Below are positions 29,601 through 39,306 of a stretch of DNA of 64,000 nt, one piece after another. The number at the start of each line of letters is the position of its first letter. Within the stretch, counting starts at the first letter, position 1. The position numbers and the translations under genes are program-made. Where the stretch lies: the IMG/VR virus record IMGVR_UViG_3300035698_012898, positions 1-64,000 of that record; one strand, written 5' to 3'. This stretch comes from a virus. The notes beneath the pieces are model-generated. The model saw nothing but the letters and a program-made list of their open reading frames with translations. It had not been told where the DNA came from and did not search any database.

Positions 29601-32230
29601 AGGTTGCCGATGTTAGTGTCAAGTTGCATGCGCGCTTCTTGTGTCAAGTTCTTCCAGGAATCTACAAGATTCTGATTCCCTATAAGAATACTCGTACGCG
29701 CTTGCTCACCAACCTTGGCGTATTCTGCGTCTGCGGCAGCCATCATATCCATAGCGGTCAACTTCGCAAGGGCCACCTCTTCTTCAAGGTCCGCCTGCTT
29801 AGCCAGTTTCGCTATCATGCTATCAATGACCTTCTCTTCAACCTCGCTAAGCTTTAGCTTTAGCCCATGTGCAAGGCGTCGGATAGCCATAAATGCTTCT
29901 TGTGTACCGCGCTCAACTTCTCCCGTCTCTGCAATCTGCTTCTTTGCCAGTTCCGTTAGCTCAGTACGCTTGGCCATTAGTTCATCGTATTGATCACGAA
30001 GAGCATCCGCATACTTGTTCCAGGTAGCCAGCTCTGCTTGTAAATCTTCCTCCTGTCCTGAAAGATCTTCCTTACGTGCTTGTGCTCGGGCGTCAATGAA
30101 TTCCTTTTCTGCGCCGTAACGAACACGGAATAACCGCTGTGCTTCGTCAGACAAAAATTCGTACGCTCTTATCTCTTCCTTCGTTGCACCGTTTATTGTT
30201 GCAAGTGCAGCTAACCGCACGTCATTCTCAAGCATCTTAATGCTTTGCCACGCCATGCTGATTTGTTCACGTGTTGCCTGCTGGCCAAGCTCCGCAGCAA
30301 GTGCTTCTTTAATCTCTGCTAAATGCTGCTTACCAAGTTTCTTCCGGTTCTCGTTTTCAATCTTAACAAGTTCAGTATATTTTTCTTGTATATCTGTCAG
30401 CTTAGAAAGACTGGCGAACTGCTCATCAGTAATTTCATTCTCTTCTTTGAGCAACGCAATCCGCGCCGTCGTTGCTTCGTTAAGCGAAAGTTCTGTCCCT
30501 TCCAATTCATCGTACGCATCACGATTTTCTTTTGCTTTCTTTATCAGGATACCAAGAAAACCAACGATAACGGCAAACGCGGCAACAGGTAGGGCACTCG
30601 CGCCAGCAATAGCAGCCATCCCTTTAAGCGCCAACGAAACAAAGCCGCTGAAAGCCACTGAGAGCATACCTGTTATTGAAAGTGCAGCACCGTTTGCTGC
30701 AAGCGTCATCCCAGTAAGTGCGATGGTGATACTATGCAAACCTTGGATTAGTACAGTAAAGGAAATTGCACCCATAGCTATAAAGGCCGCACTGATACCG
30801 CGGATACCAACAAGTATAAGCGGAAACGCCTTTGGAATTAGAAGGAGGCTTGTATAGATTAGCTTAAGCGCAGCCGGAATATTTCCAAGAAATGTAAGGA
30901 ACACAGGCCCAACTATTACAAGGCTTGAAAGAAGGCCAAAGAACTGACCAAGGACAATATTTACCGAACCGAAAATAAGAAGGCTACCAGCCGCTGTGGC
31001 AATCCGATTAATTAACTGCTCAAACTCTTCCGGATTCTTCTCAATCCAGGCAGACCACTCATCTAGCTTCTCACGTACCTTACCGATAGCTTCAACGATC
31101 TTAGGCATCAGTACTTCGCCAATTGGTATAAGTGCCGCAACAGCGGCGTTCTTAAACATTGTAATCTGCGACTGTAAAGTCTTATAGCGTTTCTCTGATT
31201 CTATAGTAAGTGCTATGTTCTCCTCAACGCCCCTATTACCACGTGCTATACTTTCATCCATTGCATCTGCGGATAATGCCATGCGTCCAAACACATCAAC
31301 CATTCGAGCACCCTTAAACCCAAGAGTCTCAATAGTTCCTGCCAAATCCCCACCACTTGTCCGGATTTTATTGAGCCCCTGAATAAAAGATGTTACCGTG
31401 GCAGCCGCGTCATCCTTGAAGGACTTCTTGAATTGATCACCAGCCATGCCCGCAATTTTGGCGTATGTTTTCAGGTTTTCCCCGCCTGAAATTACAGCGG
31501 TATTCATATCTGTAATAAATCGAGAAGCAGCAGTACCTCCTAATTGCGCCTCTAACCCGACACTTGAAAGTGCCGTTGCTATTCCAAGAATATCCCCTTG
31601 TGTCATACCGGCAATAGTACCTGTCGCAGCAATTCTCGTAGCCATCCGCAGAATATCATTCTCAGTTGTAGCCGCATTGTTACCGAGGTCAACAATAGCA
31701 GAACCAAGATTACGAACGTACTTCTGATCCATCTGAGTAACGTTAATAAACTTAGCTATCATCAACGCGCCTTCTTCACCAGCAATATTAGTGGAGACGC
31801 TAAGGTCTGCAATAGCTCTGGTAAACTCAACTATACTTTCTTTCTGGATACCAAGCTGGCCTGCTATTTCTCCTATCTTGGCTAACTCATTTGCGGAGAC
31901 AGGGATTTCTTTTGAAAGGTTAAGGATAGCTTTACGCATTGCCTGAAATTCAGGCTCGGTTGCTTCGACGGTCTTACGGATGCCTGCGAACGCATCCTCA
32001 TAATCAATAGCCGCTTTTGTCCCCGCAACAAGTGGCGCAGCTAAAAGGCCCCCTATCTTCATAGCAGCAATGCCGACTTTTGTAAAGCTCTTGCCGACAG
32101 ATGCTAACTTGTTGGAAAACTTATCCAACTGACCGGCCATCTTATCAAGGCCGCCCTTGAACTCCTTGTCATCCGCCATAAACCGTACAACAGCAGTTCC
32201 AAGTTCTTTTGCGCCTCCACCAAAAGCCAT
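26666..32230 (-). CDS. Tape measure protein (TP901-like)
   Basis: DYEDAFAGIRKTV..ELAKIGEIAGQLG..LGNN.ATTE; central hydrophobic region; long coiled coils; GGAGGTG RBS. Confidence 0.95.
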   Translation of the reverse strand: MAFGGGAKELGTAVVRFMADDKEFKGGLDKMAGQLDKFSNKLASVGKSFTKVGIAAMKIGGLLAAPLVAGTKAAIDYEDAFAGIRKTVEATEPEFQAMRKAILNLSKEIPVSANELAKIGEIAGQLGIQKESIVEFTRAIADLSVSTNIAGEEGALMIAKFINVTQMDQKYVRNLGSAIVDLGNNAATTENDILRMATRIAATGTIAGMTQGDILGIATALSSVGLEAQLGGTAASRFITDMNTAVISGGENLKTYAKIAGMAGDQFKKSFKDDAAATVTSFIQGLNKIRTSGGDLAGTIETLGFKGARMVDVFGRMALSADAMDESIARGNRGVEENIALTIESEKRYKTLQSQITMFKNAAVAALIPIGEVLMPKIVEAIGKVREKLDEWSAWIEKNPEEFEQLINRIATAAGSLLIFGSVNIVLGQFFGLLSSLVIVGPVFLTFLGNIPAALKLIYTSLLLIPKAFPLILVGIRGISAAFIAMGAISFTVLIQGLHSITIALTGMTLAANGAALSITGMLSVAFSGFVSLALKGMAAIAGASALPVAAFAVIVGFLGILIKKAKENRDAYDELEGTELSLNEATTARIALLKEENEITDEQFASLSKLTDIQEKYTELVKIENENRKKLGKQHLAEIKEALAAELGQQATREQISMAWQSIKMLENDVRLAALATINGATKEEIRAYEFLSDEAQRLFRVRYGAEKEFIDARAQARKEDLSGQEEDLQAELATWNKYADALRDQYDELMAKRTELTELAKKQIAETGEVERGTQEAFMAIRRLAHGLKLKLSEVEEKVIDSMIAKLAKQADLEEEVALAKLTAMDMMAAADAEYAKVGEQARTSILIGNQNLVDSWKNLTQEARMQLDTNIGNLLAHGRTVDDLTQDFPVMLERLVETHPEVLASDVQDMVDTIAAGAAKVEEITPRAAEALKDFLPSAQHSASVLEQLGIDFTTMDAMYVQAGASLASATNYMASLWQGFSATVTGIFSGIYDAMQYINPWATHSPALVSEVQSGVDYMTKINVDFADTMYALYQKMYASQIQMLKEYYAAGGVLSTEMQTSIGGTQSLSIMSGPEGLSETSLLGMLQMLDSINATLEGTGENMKMIVPPDLSGKFGQLQADGVAALDAIALAAEDAAAATATVIDTTKYDQAIEESALAAKQIELVQATVDTELEAAQLKLAQAIAAEASATTIHKLTLVVLAKEAEAIQLQYDHAIATKELQERRIELEIALSTDEKEKELLLLDLAILQEQIATAKIQRDLAAAEAAIKAAEEVAAAAEKAQKIREELIAEELRIEEERIAAAKKLAEEIAKAAEEALRLQHEQEITEAEIAARRIELEQAKLNETIEAAELRLDQAIVAGASEKKIQALEQDIAERRVEATELALERVIALGAIQLERIDLEVAMTTDEQELELLKLERAKVLSLMAADRIVLEQVKISEDVRVAEEMKAAAEARAEAALEEAKVRAKEEAAAAKEMSELILSLAQAVAAKELEAAELKLTQAIASGEIAEIILALEEDLAQKEAAAGVLRLQQVVDRSLDTIKRIEFEMAMAESEGDLERLKLELALSRENLATQRMELEGALVREEIRASETVIDTAQDAVSTITDAVEDINVSVRAQQERAQRRAAASRAKREELEDTARGAWESREDAKKRVTDLEEEMTTTAALAAEARQAQAAAMGGPGEEAAQQVAIDAAREAATAYREWVSESRELAALGSPEQEALRVSEAAAQAARQEAEHEAAWDAVSDVWESAFRAALNPQPGQSTVLSAMQGTTTLTHEEAVAQGLVSPIGGGIGGGGGTGSPTTIYQEVNLNVAEVRNDTQIRTLAAEAIRELEQLNWRTER

Positions 32231-32258
32231 CGTTAACACCTCCGAACCCGTCTACGCC

Positions 32259-32729
32259 CTACTTCTTTTTACGGCGTATACCACTTGCTTCAAGACTAGC
32301 ATCCGTCGCATCAATCACGGGCACGCATGCACTGTCCATTACGTTGCCTATAACTGATCGCAAAACAATGTCATCGCGATCCTCGTCTACATTGGATCGC
32401 AAGGTTGCTATGTCTCCTAATACTTGGGCGACGCCTTCGCGGGTGAGGTGAGTGCCTCTCGCTACCTCAAGGATACGTCGTAGTCGGCGGACGTTACCCG
32501 CCGTCACGAACGCATCAGCAGCCTCATTCGACACATACTGTACGTCAGACAACTGCAACGTCGGAAAAGCCTCTGTTAAGCCAAGGATATACTCGGCTGC
32601 TATGACTCGGGCGTTGCGCTGTTCAAAGGCTCTTCTTCTGTCGGCAATTCGTTGCTGATCGGCTTCGGAACGTCTGACTCGGATGTCTTCGAGGTTACGC
32701 TGTTGAGCATCTGGGACAGGCCGAAAAAA
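32259..32729 (-). CDS. Tail assembly chaperone frameshift extension (gpT part of gpGT)
   Basis: -1 frame open from the slippery site to stop 32259 (includes ORF 32259..32558). Confidence 0.8.
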   Translation of the reverse strand, partial: FFRPVPDAQQRNLEDIRVRRSEADQQRIADRRRAFEQRNARVIAAEYILGLTEAFPTLQLSDVQYVSNEAADAFVTAGNVRRLRRILEVARGTHLTREGVAQVLGDIATLRSNVDEDRDDIVLRSVIGNVMDSACVPVIDATDASLEASGIRRKKK

Positions 32730-33205
32730 ACCCTATCCACCTGACTGCCCAGCACCGCTTTGTCCATACGACTGAACGCCTCTTCAATGACGGCAAATCC
32801 ATCCTCTACCGCAAGACAACGGATGACAGCAGCATTTGCTCCAACTATTACGTCTAACAGAACTCGTTCCAAAAAGTGCGGCGCTGTACCGATAATGCCA
32901 GAGAGTACTGGAAGGACTACCCCAAGAAGGCGTGACGCACCTTCCGGGCTAGACAAGATACTCTTCCATCCAGCTTTCCCACGTGCCATGTCTGGAGACA
33001 AGGCTTTCAACTCAGTAACAATAACCCTACGCGCTTCGGCAATCTCTGCCTGGGCACTGGTTGCTACCTCTGCTAAAATATGCGTCACCGTGGTAAACGG
33101 TACGCGCCTGCACACAAGAGCCATCCCGGCAACGGGACATTGTACCTCGTATGTGTTGCGTAGTAACTGCTCAAAGGCGTCATGATTGTCTTCGTTGTTC
33201 TTCAT
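32600..33205 (-). CDS. Tail assembly chaperone (gpG)
   Basis: Between tail tube and tape measure; carries slippery site. Confidence 0.8.
   Translation of the reverse strand: MKNNEDNHDAFEQLLRNTYEVQCPVAGMALVCRRVPFTTVTHILAEVATSAQAEIAEARRVIVTELKALSPDMARGKAGWKSILSSPEGASRLLGVVLPVLSGIIGTAPHFLERVLLDVIVGANAAVIRCLAVEDGFAVIEEAFSRMDKAVLGSQVDRVFFGLSQMLNSVTSKTSESDVPKPISNELPTEEEPLNSATPES
32723..32729 (-). other. Programmed -1 frameshift site T TTT TTC
   Basis: AGG GTT TTT TTC in the chaperone reading frame; -1 frame continues FRPVPDAQQRN... Confidence 0.8.
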
Positions 33206-33593
33206 CTTTATTCCTCATCTGTTGTTGTCTCGTGTGATCTCTTCGTCTTTGCTCTTTTCGTTCCCGAAGCTTCTCCTGATCTATTAGCGCACGAATCTGC
33301 CTACGCTGTACTTCAAAGGCAATCGGCTCTACTGTGCAAAGCCGATTCGTATACTTGGTAAACAGGTCCGAAAAATACTTGTCAGCAGGTCCACCATCCG
33401 CCCGTACAAGGCTAAAGGAAAACCGAATACCCATACCAGCCCCATCTGTCCGACGAAACGGCTTAATGTCGGCTATGCGAGCAACAGGCTTTCCGTCTTC
33501 ACCGCGAACAGTCAGCATGTACGCTGTAAAGTCAAAATCGGTTGTGCTAAAGGCTTCATATAGCCTGTTGTCTGGTTGTAGGTTTTGTTTCAT
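33180..33593 (-). CDS. Hypothetical protein (DUF5659-like)
   Basis: FSTTDFDFTAYML...F.F...Y.N...VEP..F...R..R pattern; family from memory. Confidence 0.55.
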   Translation of the reverse strand: MKQNLQPDNRLYEAFSTTDFDFTAYMLTVRGEDGKPVARIADIKPFRRTDGAGMGIRFSFSLVRADGGPADKYFSDLFTKYTNRLCTVEPIAFEVQRRQIRALIDQEKLRERKEQRRRDHTRQQQMRNKDEEQRRQS

Positions 33594-33656
33594 GTCGTTA
33601 TCCTTTTGCCTTCGTTTGTAAAATAAAGTCTTTCATCCTCATACTACTTTCTCGCC

Positions 33657-34154
33657 TTACGCTGAATCCTCGTAATACCCAACCGCGTCGTCTTGATTCG
33701 AGTCCTTCAAAAGCTCGAATGTAACAGGCAGGAGTGACACCTCAGTCCGTGAACCAAGATTCGTTTCCAAACCCTCAGACACAACACAGCGATAGAAAAT
33801 ATACGTACGAGTAACATCAGCCGGACCTGGACCAGCAATAGTCAACGTGTGTTCCGTCGCAGGCGGTGACGCCGACCCGAACTCTAGATCGCCAGATCCT
33901 GCCGTATTAGCAGGTGGCTCTGCCATTGCCATAAGTAAGTTCGCCACAGATGCTTCAAGCATTGTAAACACAATGTAAAAGCGTTCCATGACAACACCTT
34001 TCTTGACAATCCCGGCAGCCTGGTCAGCCTCAACGTCTAGCATTGTTCGATCCTTGCGGAGCTGGACACCACCTTGGGTATACCCAACGTCGGTAGCTCC
34101 GTCTACGGTAACTGTACAGGAACCGTGTAGAATGTTTTCTACTTCAACAGCCAT
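33657..34154 (-). CDS. Major tail tube protein
   Basis: DVGYTQGGV, VEADQ, FTMLEAS..NL, LPVTFELL. Confidence 0.85.
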   Translation of the reverse strand: MAVEVENILHGSCTVTVDGATDVGYTQGGVQLRKDRTMLDVEADQAAGIVKKGVVMERFYIVFTMLEASVANLLMAMAEPPANTAGSGDLEFGSASPPATEHTLTIAGPGPADVTRTYIFYRCVVSEGLETNLGSRTEVSLLPVTFELLKDSNQDDAVGYYEDSA

Positions 34155-34178
34155 TCTTCTCACCTCCTCTCACAACAA

Positions 34179-34634
34179 TTAGGACGCCGTATCAATCCAG
34201 CGGATCTCTACTTCTACCGAAGACACGTACACTTCAACTCGTGAATCCGGCGCAGTCTTCTCGCCTGCTTTACGGACGCCCAACGACCGAATACCTATTG
34301 TTCTTATATCGTCTGACTCAAACTTGGCATCAACCAAAGTAGCCTGACTCTGTTTCACGTGTTCTTCTATCGCGCCAATCATTTCCAGCGTCACACCTGG
34401 CGTAGCAGCAAACGTCTCGCATAAAGCGCGAGTCACGTATATGCCATCCACGTCTTCTAACAATGGCCCAAGATGTGTCAGTATTGTAGGAGCACTTGGT
34501 AGCGCAGGCTTCATGGTCCCATCCGTGATAAGAATATACTTGCTTGCAGATACCAAGGTTACTAAGTCTTCACACGCACGTAACCACGTTGTGAACGCCT
34601 TCTCAAACCGACGATATCGTGTCTTGCTTCCCAC
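34179..34634 (-). CDS. Tail terminator-like protein
   Basis: Size and position upstream of tail tube. Confidence 0.6.
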   Translation of the reverse strand: MGSKTRYRRFEKAFTTWLRACEDLVTLVSASKYILITDGTMKPALPSAPTILTHLGPLLEDVDGIYVTRALCETFAATPGVTLEMIGAIEEHVKQSQATLVDAKFESDDIRTIGIRSLGVRKAGEKTAPDSRVEVYVSSVEVEIRWIDTAS

Positions 34635-34638
34635 AAGG

Positions 34639-35160
34639 CTATCCTCGCTGCATCATTGCCTGGCTTTGTTCTGCTGCTATGTCAGACGTTGCGCGCTCTG
34701 TTGGATACCCGCTGATTGACCGAATATGAAAGCCGTATTGAAATACTTCCATCGCCCTAGCCCATTGAACAGCATCAGTCCTAACAGGACCTATAAGCAC
34801 TTGCGTCCACGCATTGTGATACATCTTCTTGATGTTTGCCTTGCCCGGACTGGTAAAGACTGCGTGCGCAATTGCCGTTGCAAGGTCAGCCATCTTCCGA
34901 GTGATTGCGCCCGCATTCTTTTCAACAGCAGGTACAATGTGCGGACGTGGACGCAGCTTCCAACTTCCATCTGGATTGTGCGTGCCCTCTTCTAAGTACC
35001 GGCTATAAAGCATGTATGCCCCAAACTCCGGGCGCGTATTACGCATTATCGGTCCTACTTGACCTGCTAGACGAGACAACTTTTCCTTTAACTCCTTAAT
35101 ATCCATCCCATCTATAGCAGCAAAGTCGCTACCCCAAGTTGTTGTACTTAATCCGGCCAT
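34639..35160 (-). CDS. HK97 gp10-like neck/tail completion protein
   Basis: YSRYLEEGT...RPRPHIVPAV. Confidence 0.7.
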   Translation of the reverse strand: MAGLSTTTWGSDFAAIDGMDIKELKEKLSRLAGQVGPIMRNTRPEFGAYMLYSRYLEEGTHNPDGSWKLRPRPHIVPAVEKNAGAITRKMADLATAIAHAVFTSPGKANIKKMYHNAWTQVLIGPVRTDAVQWARAMEVFQYGFHIRSISGYPTERATSDIAAEQSQAMMQRG

Positions 35161-35471
35161 TACGGATGCCCCTGATCAATTGCTGTTCGCTTCAAAATCT
35201 CTTCTCGTGTCAGCGGCGTATCTCCTGGAATCTCTTCTTTAGCTCTCCTGTCCTTCGCGTCGGCATTGCCCAGTGCAAGCGGCATCAAAGCCGTTGCTAC
35301 AATATGAAGAGAGTGTAGACCAAAGACAACTGGACACGTTTCAATGTCCTCCCCTCTATGAAGTATTTCTCCGAGCATGTGTGCCGGGAAACAACTATCA
35401 CATTCCATTTTTGTCAACGGGCAAATCATGAACTGTCTCCTACACGTAAAGCCAGCATTGCTAACCGCCAA
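35160..35471 (-). CDS. Cys-containing hypothetical protein
   Basis: ICPLTKMECDSC..CP; true start uncertain. Confidence 0.55.
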   Translation of the reverse strand: MAVSNAGFTCRRQFMICPLTKMECDSCFPAHMLGEILHRGEDIETCPVVFGLHSLHIVATALMPLALGNADAKDRRAKEEIPGDTPLTREEILKRTAIDQGHP

Positions 35472-35785
35472 TCCTTTGTCTTGCCCTTCTGTCCTTTAAC
35501 AACTCGCCTTGACAAAATCTTCCAGTCTCCCCCATCAATCGTCACGTGACAACCAAGAGCCACAGCAGCAACATACGGCCCTGAGAGGTGCACCATGTCT
35601 GCGTTATTCGTAAGACCGTACTTGGTTATAACCTGTGCCTGCGTCCACAATGAAGCTGGCCACCACATAAACGTGTAATCACTAGCTACAGTCTCTTCCT
35701 CATACGTTAATCTACCGTACCCATCGTCAACCTCTTTATCCTTGTTCACAACATCAGAGGTCGTATCGTCTCTGGAGGCTCGCAT
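35426..35785 (-). CDS. Head closure protein
   Basis: DDGYG, VTIDGGDWKI; follows adaptor gene. Confidence 0.65.
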   Translation of the reverse strand: MRASRDDTTSDVVNKDKEVDDGYGRLTYEEETVASDYTFMWWPASLWTQAQVITKYGLTNNADMVHLSGPYVAAVALGCHVTIDGGDWKILSRRVVKGQKGKTKDWRLAMLALRVGDSS

Positions 35786-35788
35786 AAG

Positions 35789-36454
35789 CTATCCCCCCAT
35801 TGATATAACCAGCGGAACATTAAACTGGAAAGGCGTTAACAAGTCATCTACAAACGTAATCCCAGTTGTAATGCCGGCACTGGGAACTGCTCTAGTTGAC
35901 ACACCAGATCTTGAAGATCGCGTATACGTATACGTGTCAGGAAACCGCTCAGAATCAAACTGACCAAGTTGTTGTGTAGTTCCCGGTATAATCTCCTCTT
36001 GCACGAGGAGCACAGTCGCCTGCTTAATCTCCGGAGGCGTCTCCGTGTAACCCCATGAAATGTCTGCCGAGTAATTAAAGAACGCCGCCTTAGTCCAAAT
36101 ACTGTAATGGTTTTCAATGGCACGCAGAGATGTATGAATGGAATAATTCTCTGCGTCTACTGCCTCCCCATCGTCTGCAAACGTATCGTCATACGCTTCG
36201 CGTTTTGTAATGGAATGAATGCTATTGATAGCCCAGAACGTTCTTCGTGCTGTAAAAAGAATGTGCGTTCCATCCCCTTTGAGCGTAATAGTTCTGCGCG
36301 TCACCTCAAACCGGCTTCGTGTAAACCTATCAACCTTTTTGGTGGCCCGCGCAATCGCCAGGGTGAGATAGGCGTCATCATCAGCTGTCCAATGGGCAGG
36401 GATCGTGAATGACCCCAAGAGGTTCTGTACATCCGCTTTTGTTATGTACGCCAT
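35789..36454 (-). CDS. Head-tail adaptor/connector
   Basis: AYITKADV..., WGYTETPPEIKQATVLL. Confidence 0.85.
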   Translation of the reverse strand: MAYITKADVQNLLGSFTIPAHWTADDDAYLTLAIARATKKVDRFTRSRFEVTRRTITLKGDGTHILFTARRTFWAINSIHSITKREAYDDTFADDGEAVDAENYSIHTSLRAIENHYSIWTKAAFFNYSADISWGYTETPPEIKQATVLLVQEEIIPGTTQQLGQFDSERFPDTYTYTRSSRSGVSTRAVPSAGITTGITFVDDLLTPFQFNVPLVISMGG

Positions 36455-36481
36455 AATCACAAGTCTCCATTTGGGAGCGTA

Positions 36482-37582
36482 TCACTTGTCGTGGCTCACG
36501 TCAACAACTTCCATATCCCGCAAAACACATAAGAGATTGCGCACCCTGGCGGAATTAGTATGGTATTCAATGACATGCTTTCGCCCGCAATTCCAAATAT
36601 GATCTGCCACGTTCGGATGCTCCAATAATTCACGGATCTTTTCAACGCACTCTTCAGGTGAACGATAAGAAACGTATGACTCCCCGTCTACAAAGCCATT
36701 CGGGATTACGATCTTGAGTTCGTCTGCTACCAAACAAGTAACAGCTGCCGTCTCCCAATATCGACACGTATCATATCCAGCACCCCGCACACTGACACCA
36801 ACCCTACTACGACCCAAAAGACACAAGTAGTCATTCCAACTTACCCACGGCTTGTTTTCCGGATGTGGAGACAAATGACATGCAATATACGTTTTGTACT
36901 CAGCATCGAGCACCCGTAAAGCTTCGGCAACCTTTGCGCGACTTGGATGTGTCACGCCAAGGAGCATAGATACATCTACTGCACTATCCCGGTGCTCCGC
37001 AAACACAGGGGCAACACAATTTGCCGGAACGCTAAAGGGAAATGGGAGCACAGGAACACCCGCAATCGTATCCAGGTTAGACTCTGTTGGGTACTCCCGT
37101 TTCAAAACCACAGTTGGATGCACATCGTTCTTAATCACGTTCAGAACGTTACCTGCTATTCCCCAAGAGTCTTCACCATCATGCAGGACAACAGGTGCAC
37201 CAGATATTTCTATGTCTTTAGCAAGTTGCCTATACGCCGTTACTGGACCAACTCTTGCAGACTCAAGAACCACCAATGAAATATCACCGCGCCGCAACAT
37301 CGCAGAAACAAGATGAAACTGATCATTCTCTGTTACTGCGAACGGCGTCTGCCCATAGTTTACACCGCATGCATGATGTGGCATCCAAACATAAGAGGAT
37401 ACGGACATAGGGTCTCGCATACCCCCTATCGGAACAAGGTCCGTACCACCGTGGTACGCCTTCTTAATCGGGAAGTCATATACGTTTGCAGCGCCAACTA
37501 CCTGACAGAACCCATTGAACAAATACGTCGCACCGTAATCCGCCCCAACGTTGGTCAAGATCAATACGTTAGTTCCGGCCAT
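36482..37582 (-). CDS. Glycosyltransferase (CgeB/Glyco_trans_1_2-like GT-B)
   Basis: GAGYDTCRYWE...FVDGESYVSY...HT..AR. Confidence 0.8.
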   Translation of the reverse strand: MAGTNVLILTNVGADYGATYLFNGFCQVVGAANVYDFPIKKAYHGGTDLVPIGGMRDPMSVSSYVWMPHHACGVNYGQTPFAVTENDQFHLVSAMLRRGDISLVVLESARVGPVTAYRQLAKDIEISGAPVVLHDGEDSWGIAGNVLNVIKNDVHPTVVLKREYPTESNLDTIAGVPVLPFPFSVPANCVAPVFAEHRDSAVDVSMLLGVTHPSRAKVAEALRVLDAEYKTYIACHLSPHPENKPWVSWNDYLCLLGRSRVGVSVRGAGYDTCRYWETAAVTCLVADELKIVIPNGFVDGESYVSYRSPEECVEKIRELLEHPNVADHIWNCGRKHVIEYHTNSARVRNLLCVLRDMEVVDVSHDK

Positions 37583-38295
37583 TATTCCGTCCTCCGTAAC
37601 ACGGCGTTAAAGCTAAAGTTGTTATCCATCGTATTAAACTCAATCCACTCTGCTTTAATGTGCGTCCAAGTATCCAATACACCAAGCGCCCAATCATAAA
37701 ACTCCTGGGCGCTAAATTCTCTCGTATGCGATGGATCAAGAACTCCACGAGGAAGAAATTCCATGTCTGGAATAACAGCACAGAAGCATCCGCCAATACG
37801 TAGCAGCAACATCAGTGAATGTAATACCTCTACTTGATTCTCAAGATGCTCAAATACGTGATTTGAGATCACACCGTTAAAGGTTCCAGGTCGAAATGGG
37901 GAGTCCACTCCTGTGTCCGGACACCACGTCATATGAGGGACACCTTGTCCTTGTTTATAATCAGGATTCCAATTGGCATACTTGTCCGTACCAAACGTAG
38001 CAGGCCCATTCACGCCAGCCGTACCGACACCAAGACAACAACCGCCACCCTCATACCCAAGCTTGATACCCCAATACATATCAAAGGCACGTTGCTGATG
38101 CCCAACAAGATTCCCTTCCTTCCCATACGACCTGTGTTCGTCTGAGACATCCCAGTAATGCAGATCCGGGATAAGTGTTGGTGTCTCAGCACTCCACGGC
38201 TGACATGCCTTTCTAATAAGATCTGCTGGCATTTCTAATGCCGGCTCAATTCCTTGCCTCGGAATAACTACCTGCCCTCTGCAATCAACAGTCAT
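37582..38295 (-). CDS. Class I SAM-dependent methyltransferase-like protein
   Basis: CLGVGTAG, SNHVFEHL, LRIGG..IPD, DPSH.REF. Confidence 0.75.
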   Translation of the reverse strand: MTVDCRGQVVIPRQGIEPALEMPADLIRKACQPWSAETPTLIPDLHYWDVSDEHRSYGKEGNLVGHQQRAFDMYWGIKLGYEGGGCCLGVGTAGVNGPATFGTDKYANWNPDYKQGQGVPHMTWCPDTGVDSPFRPGTFNGVISNHVFEHLENQVEVLHSLMLLLRIGGCFCAVIPDMEFLPRGVLDPSHTREFSAQEFYDWALGVLDTWTHIKAEWIEFNTMDNNFSFNAVLRRTE

Positions 38296-39268
38296 AACCT
38301 AACTCCCTCATGGTGTCACCACAAACGTCAGCAAAAATCCTATGTTGTTCACTATCCCACTTCTCATAACGAGGAAAGGCAAAACCTGGTGCATTCTCAG
38401 GATCTGTCTCGAATCGTTTAGCCCGCTCTTCCTCTGGCTGTTTATAAAGAGGACCCGCAATAGCACCCAGGTTAAAGGTGGCTTTCTGCTCATCCGTTGC
38501 TTCTGGTAGAAGCATCGCTAGAACAAGAGTACTCGTCTCCGGTTTATTATAATCCTCTACGTGTATAACAGGTCGCTTTGCTTGCAAAAAGAACTGGTGA
38601 ATCTTAGCCCAGTAAGCACATACACGATAGAACCTACTTTCCCGATACTTCACATTGGCATCCTTGCGCATAGGCCAAACACGGGGATACTTACACTCGA
38701 CTGTATGCGTATTTTCAAGCCCGTACGTCCTGCCGCATTCTGGTGCAAACGTTTGCCACCACATCGCCTTCTGTACCCAGCGCTTTGCGTCCTTCGTCAA
38801 ATGAATTGATCGCGTTGTAATCCCAAGGTCCTCAACCAATGGCCAAAAATCCGCAATGTAACAAGAGCTGTCAAGGAAAAACCCATCCCCTTGAAGAAAG
38901 CGCAACATGGCAGACCTTAACGTCTCACGGCATTGCACCCACGTTGTGCTTTCCCCTGAATGAAAGTCAGACCACGAAGGTCTGATATGCACCCACGTAT
39001 CATGGTACATCCTAGCCAGCAACCCATCCCCTGTATCCCGCTCTGTGTCATTGGCCGCAACCTCTTCTCTGACATTAGCAGACCGTGCGTACTCTTCAGG
39101 GAACACTCGCATGTTATGCTTAAGGTGTCTAGGGTTGTCCCGGATAGAACCACTGGCGGACTGCCCAATAATCTCATGCCCACTAGGAACACCAATCCCG
39201 CCAAACGCTTGAGCAAGCGTGCGGGTTCCCTGCGAAAATGTACTAAGAGGATAGAGAAATGTCCGCAT
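38285..39268 (-). CDS. Sulfotransferase-like protein (divergent)
   Basis: SQGTRTLA..F...GHE (5'-PSB-like), IHLTKDAKRWVQ (3'-PB-like), IHVED, F...CGDTMRELGY ending. Confidence 0.55.
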   Translation of the reverse strand: MRTFLYPLSTFSQGTRTLAQAFGGIGVPSGHEIIGQSASGSIRDNPRHLKHNMRVFPEEYARSANVREEVAANDTERDTGDGLLARMYHDTWVHIRPSWSDFHSGESTTWVQCRETLRSAMLRFLQGDGFFLDSSCYIADFWPLVEDLGITTRSIHLTKDAKRWVQKAMWWQTFAPECGRTYGLENTHTVECKYPRVWPMRKDANVKYRESRFYRVCAYWAKIHQFFLQAKRPVIHVEDYNKPETSTLVLAMLLPEATDEQKATFNLGAIAGPLYKQPEEERAKRFETDPENAPGFAFPRYEKWDSEQHRIFADVCGDTMRELGYDC

Positions 39269-39306
39269 ATGCCCTCCTGCCAATCTGAAAATCCCACTCT
39301 GCCGTC

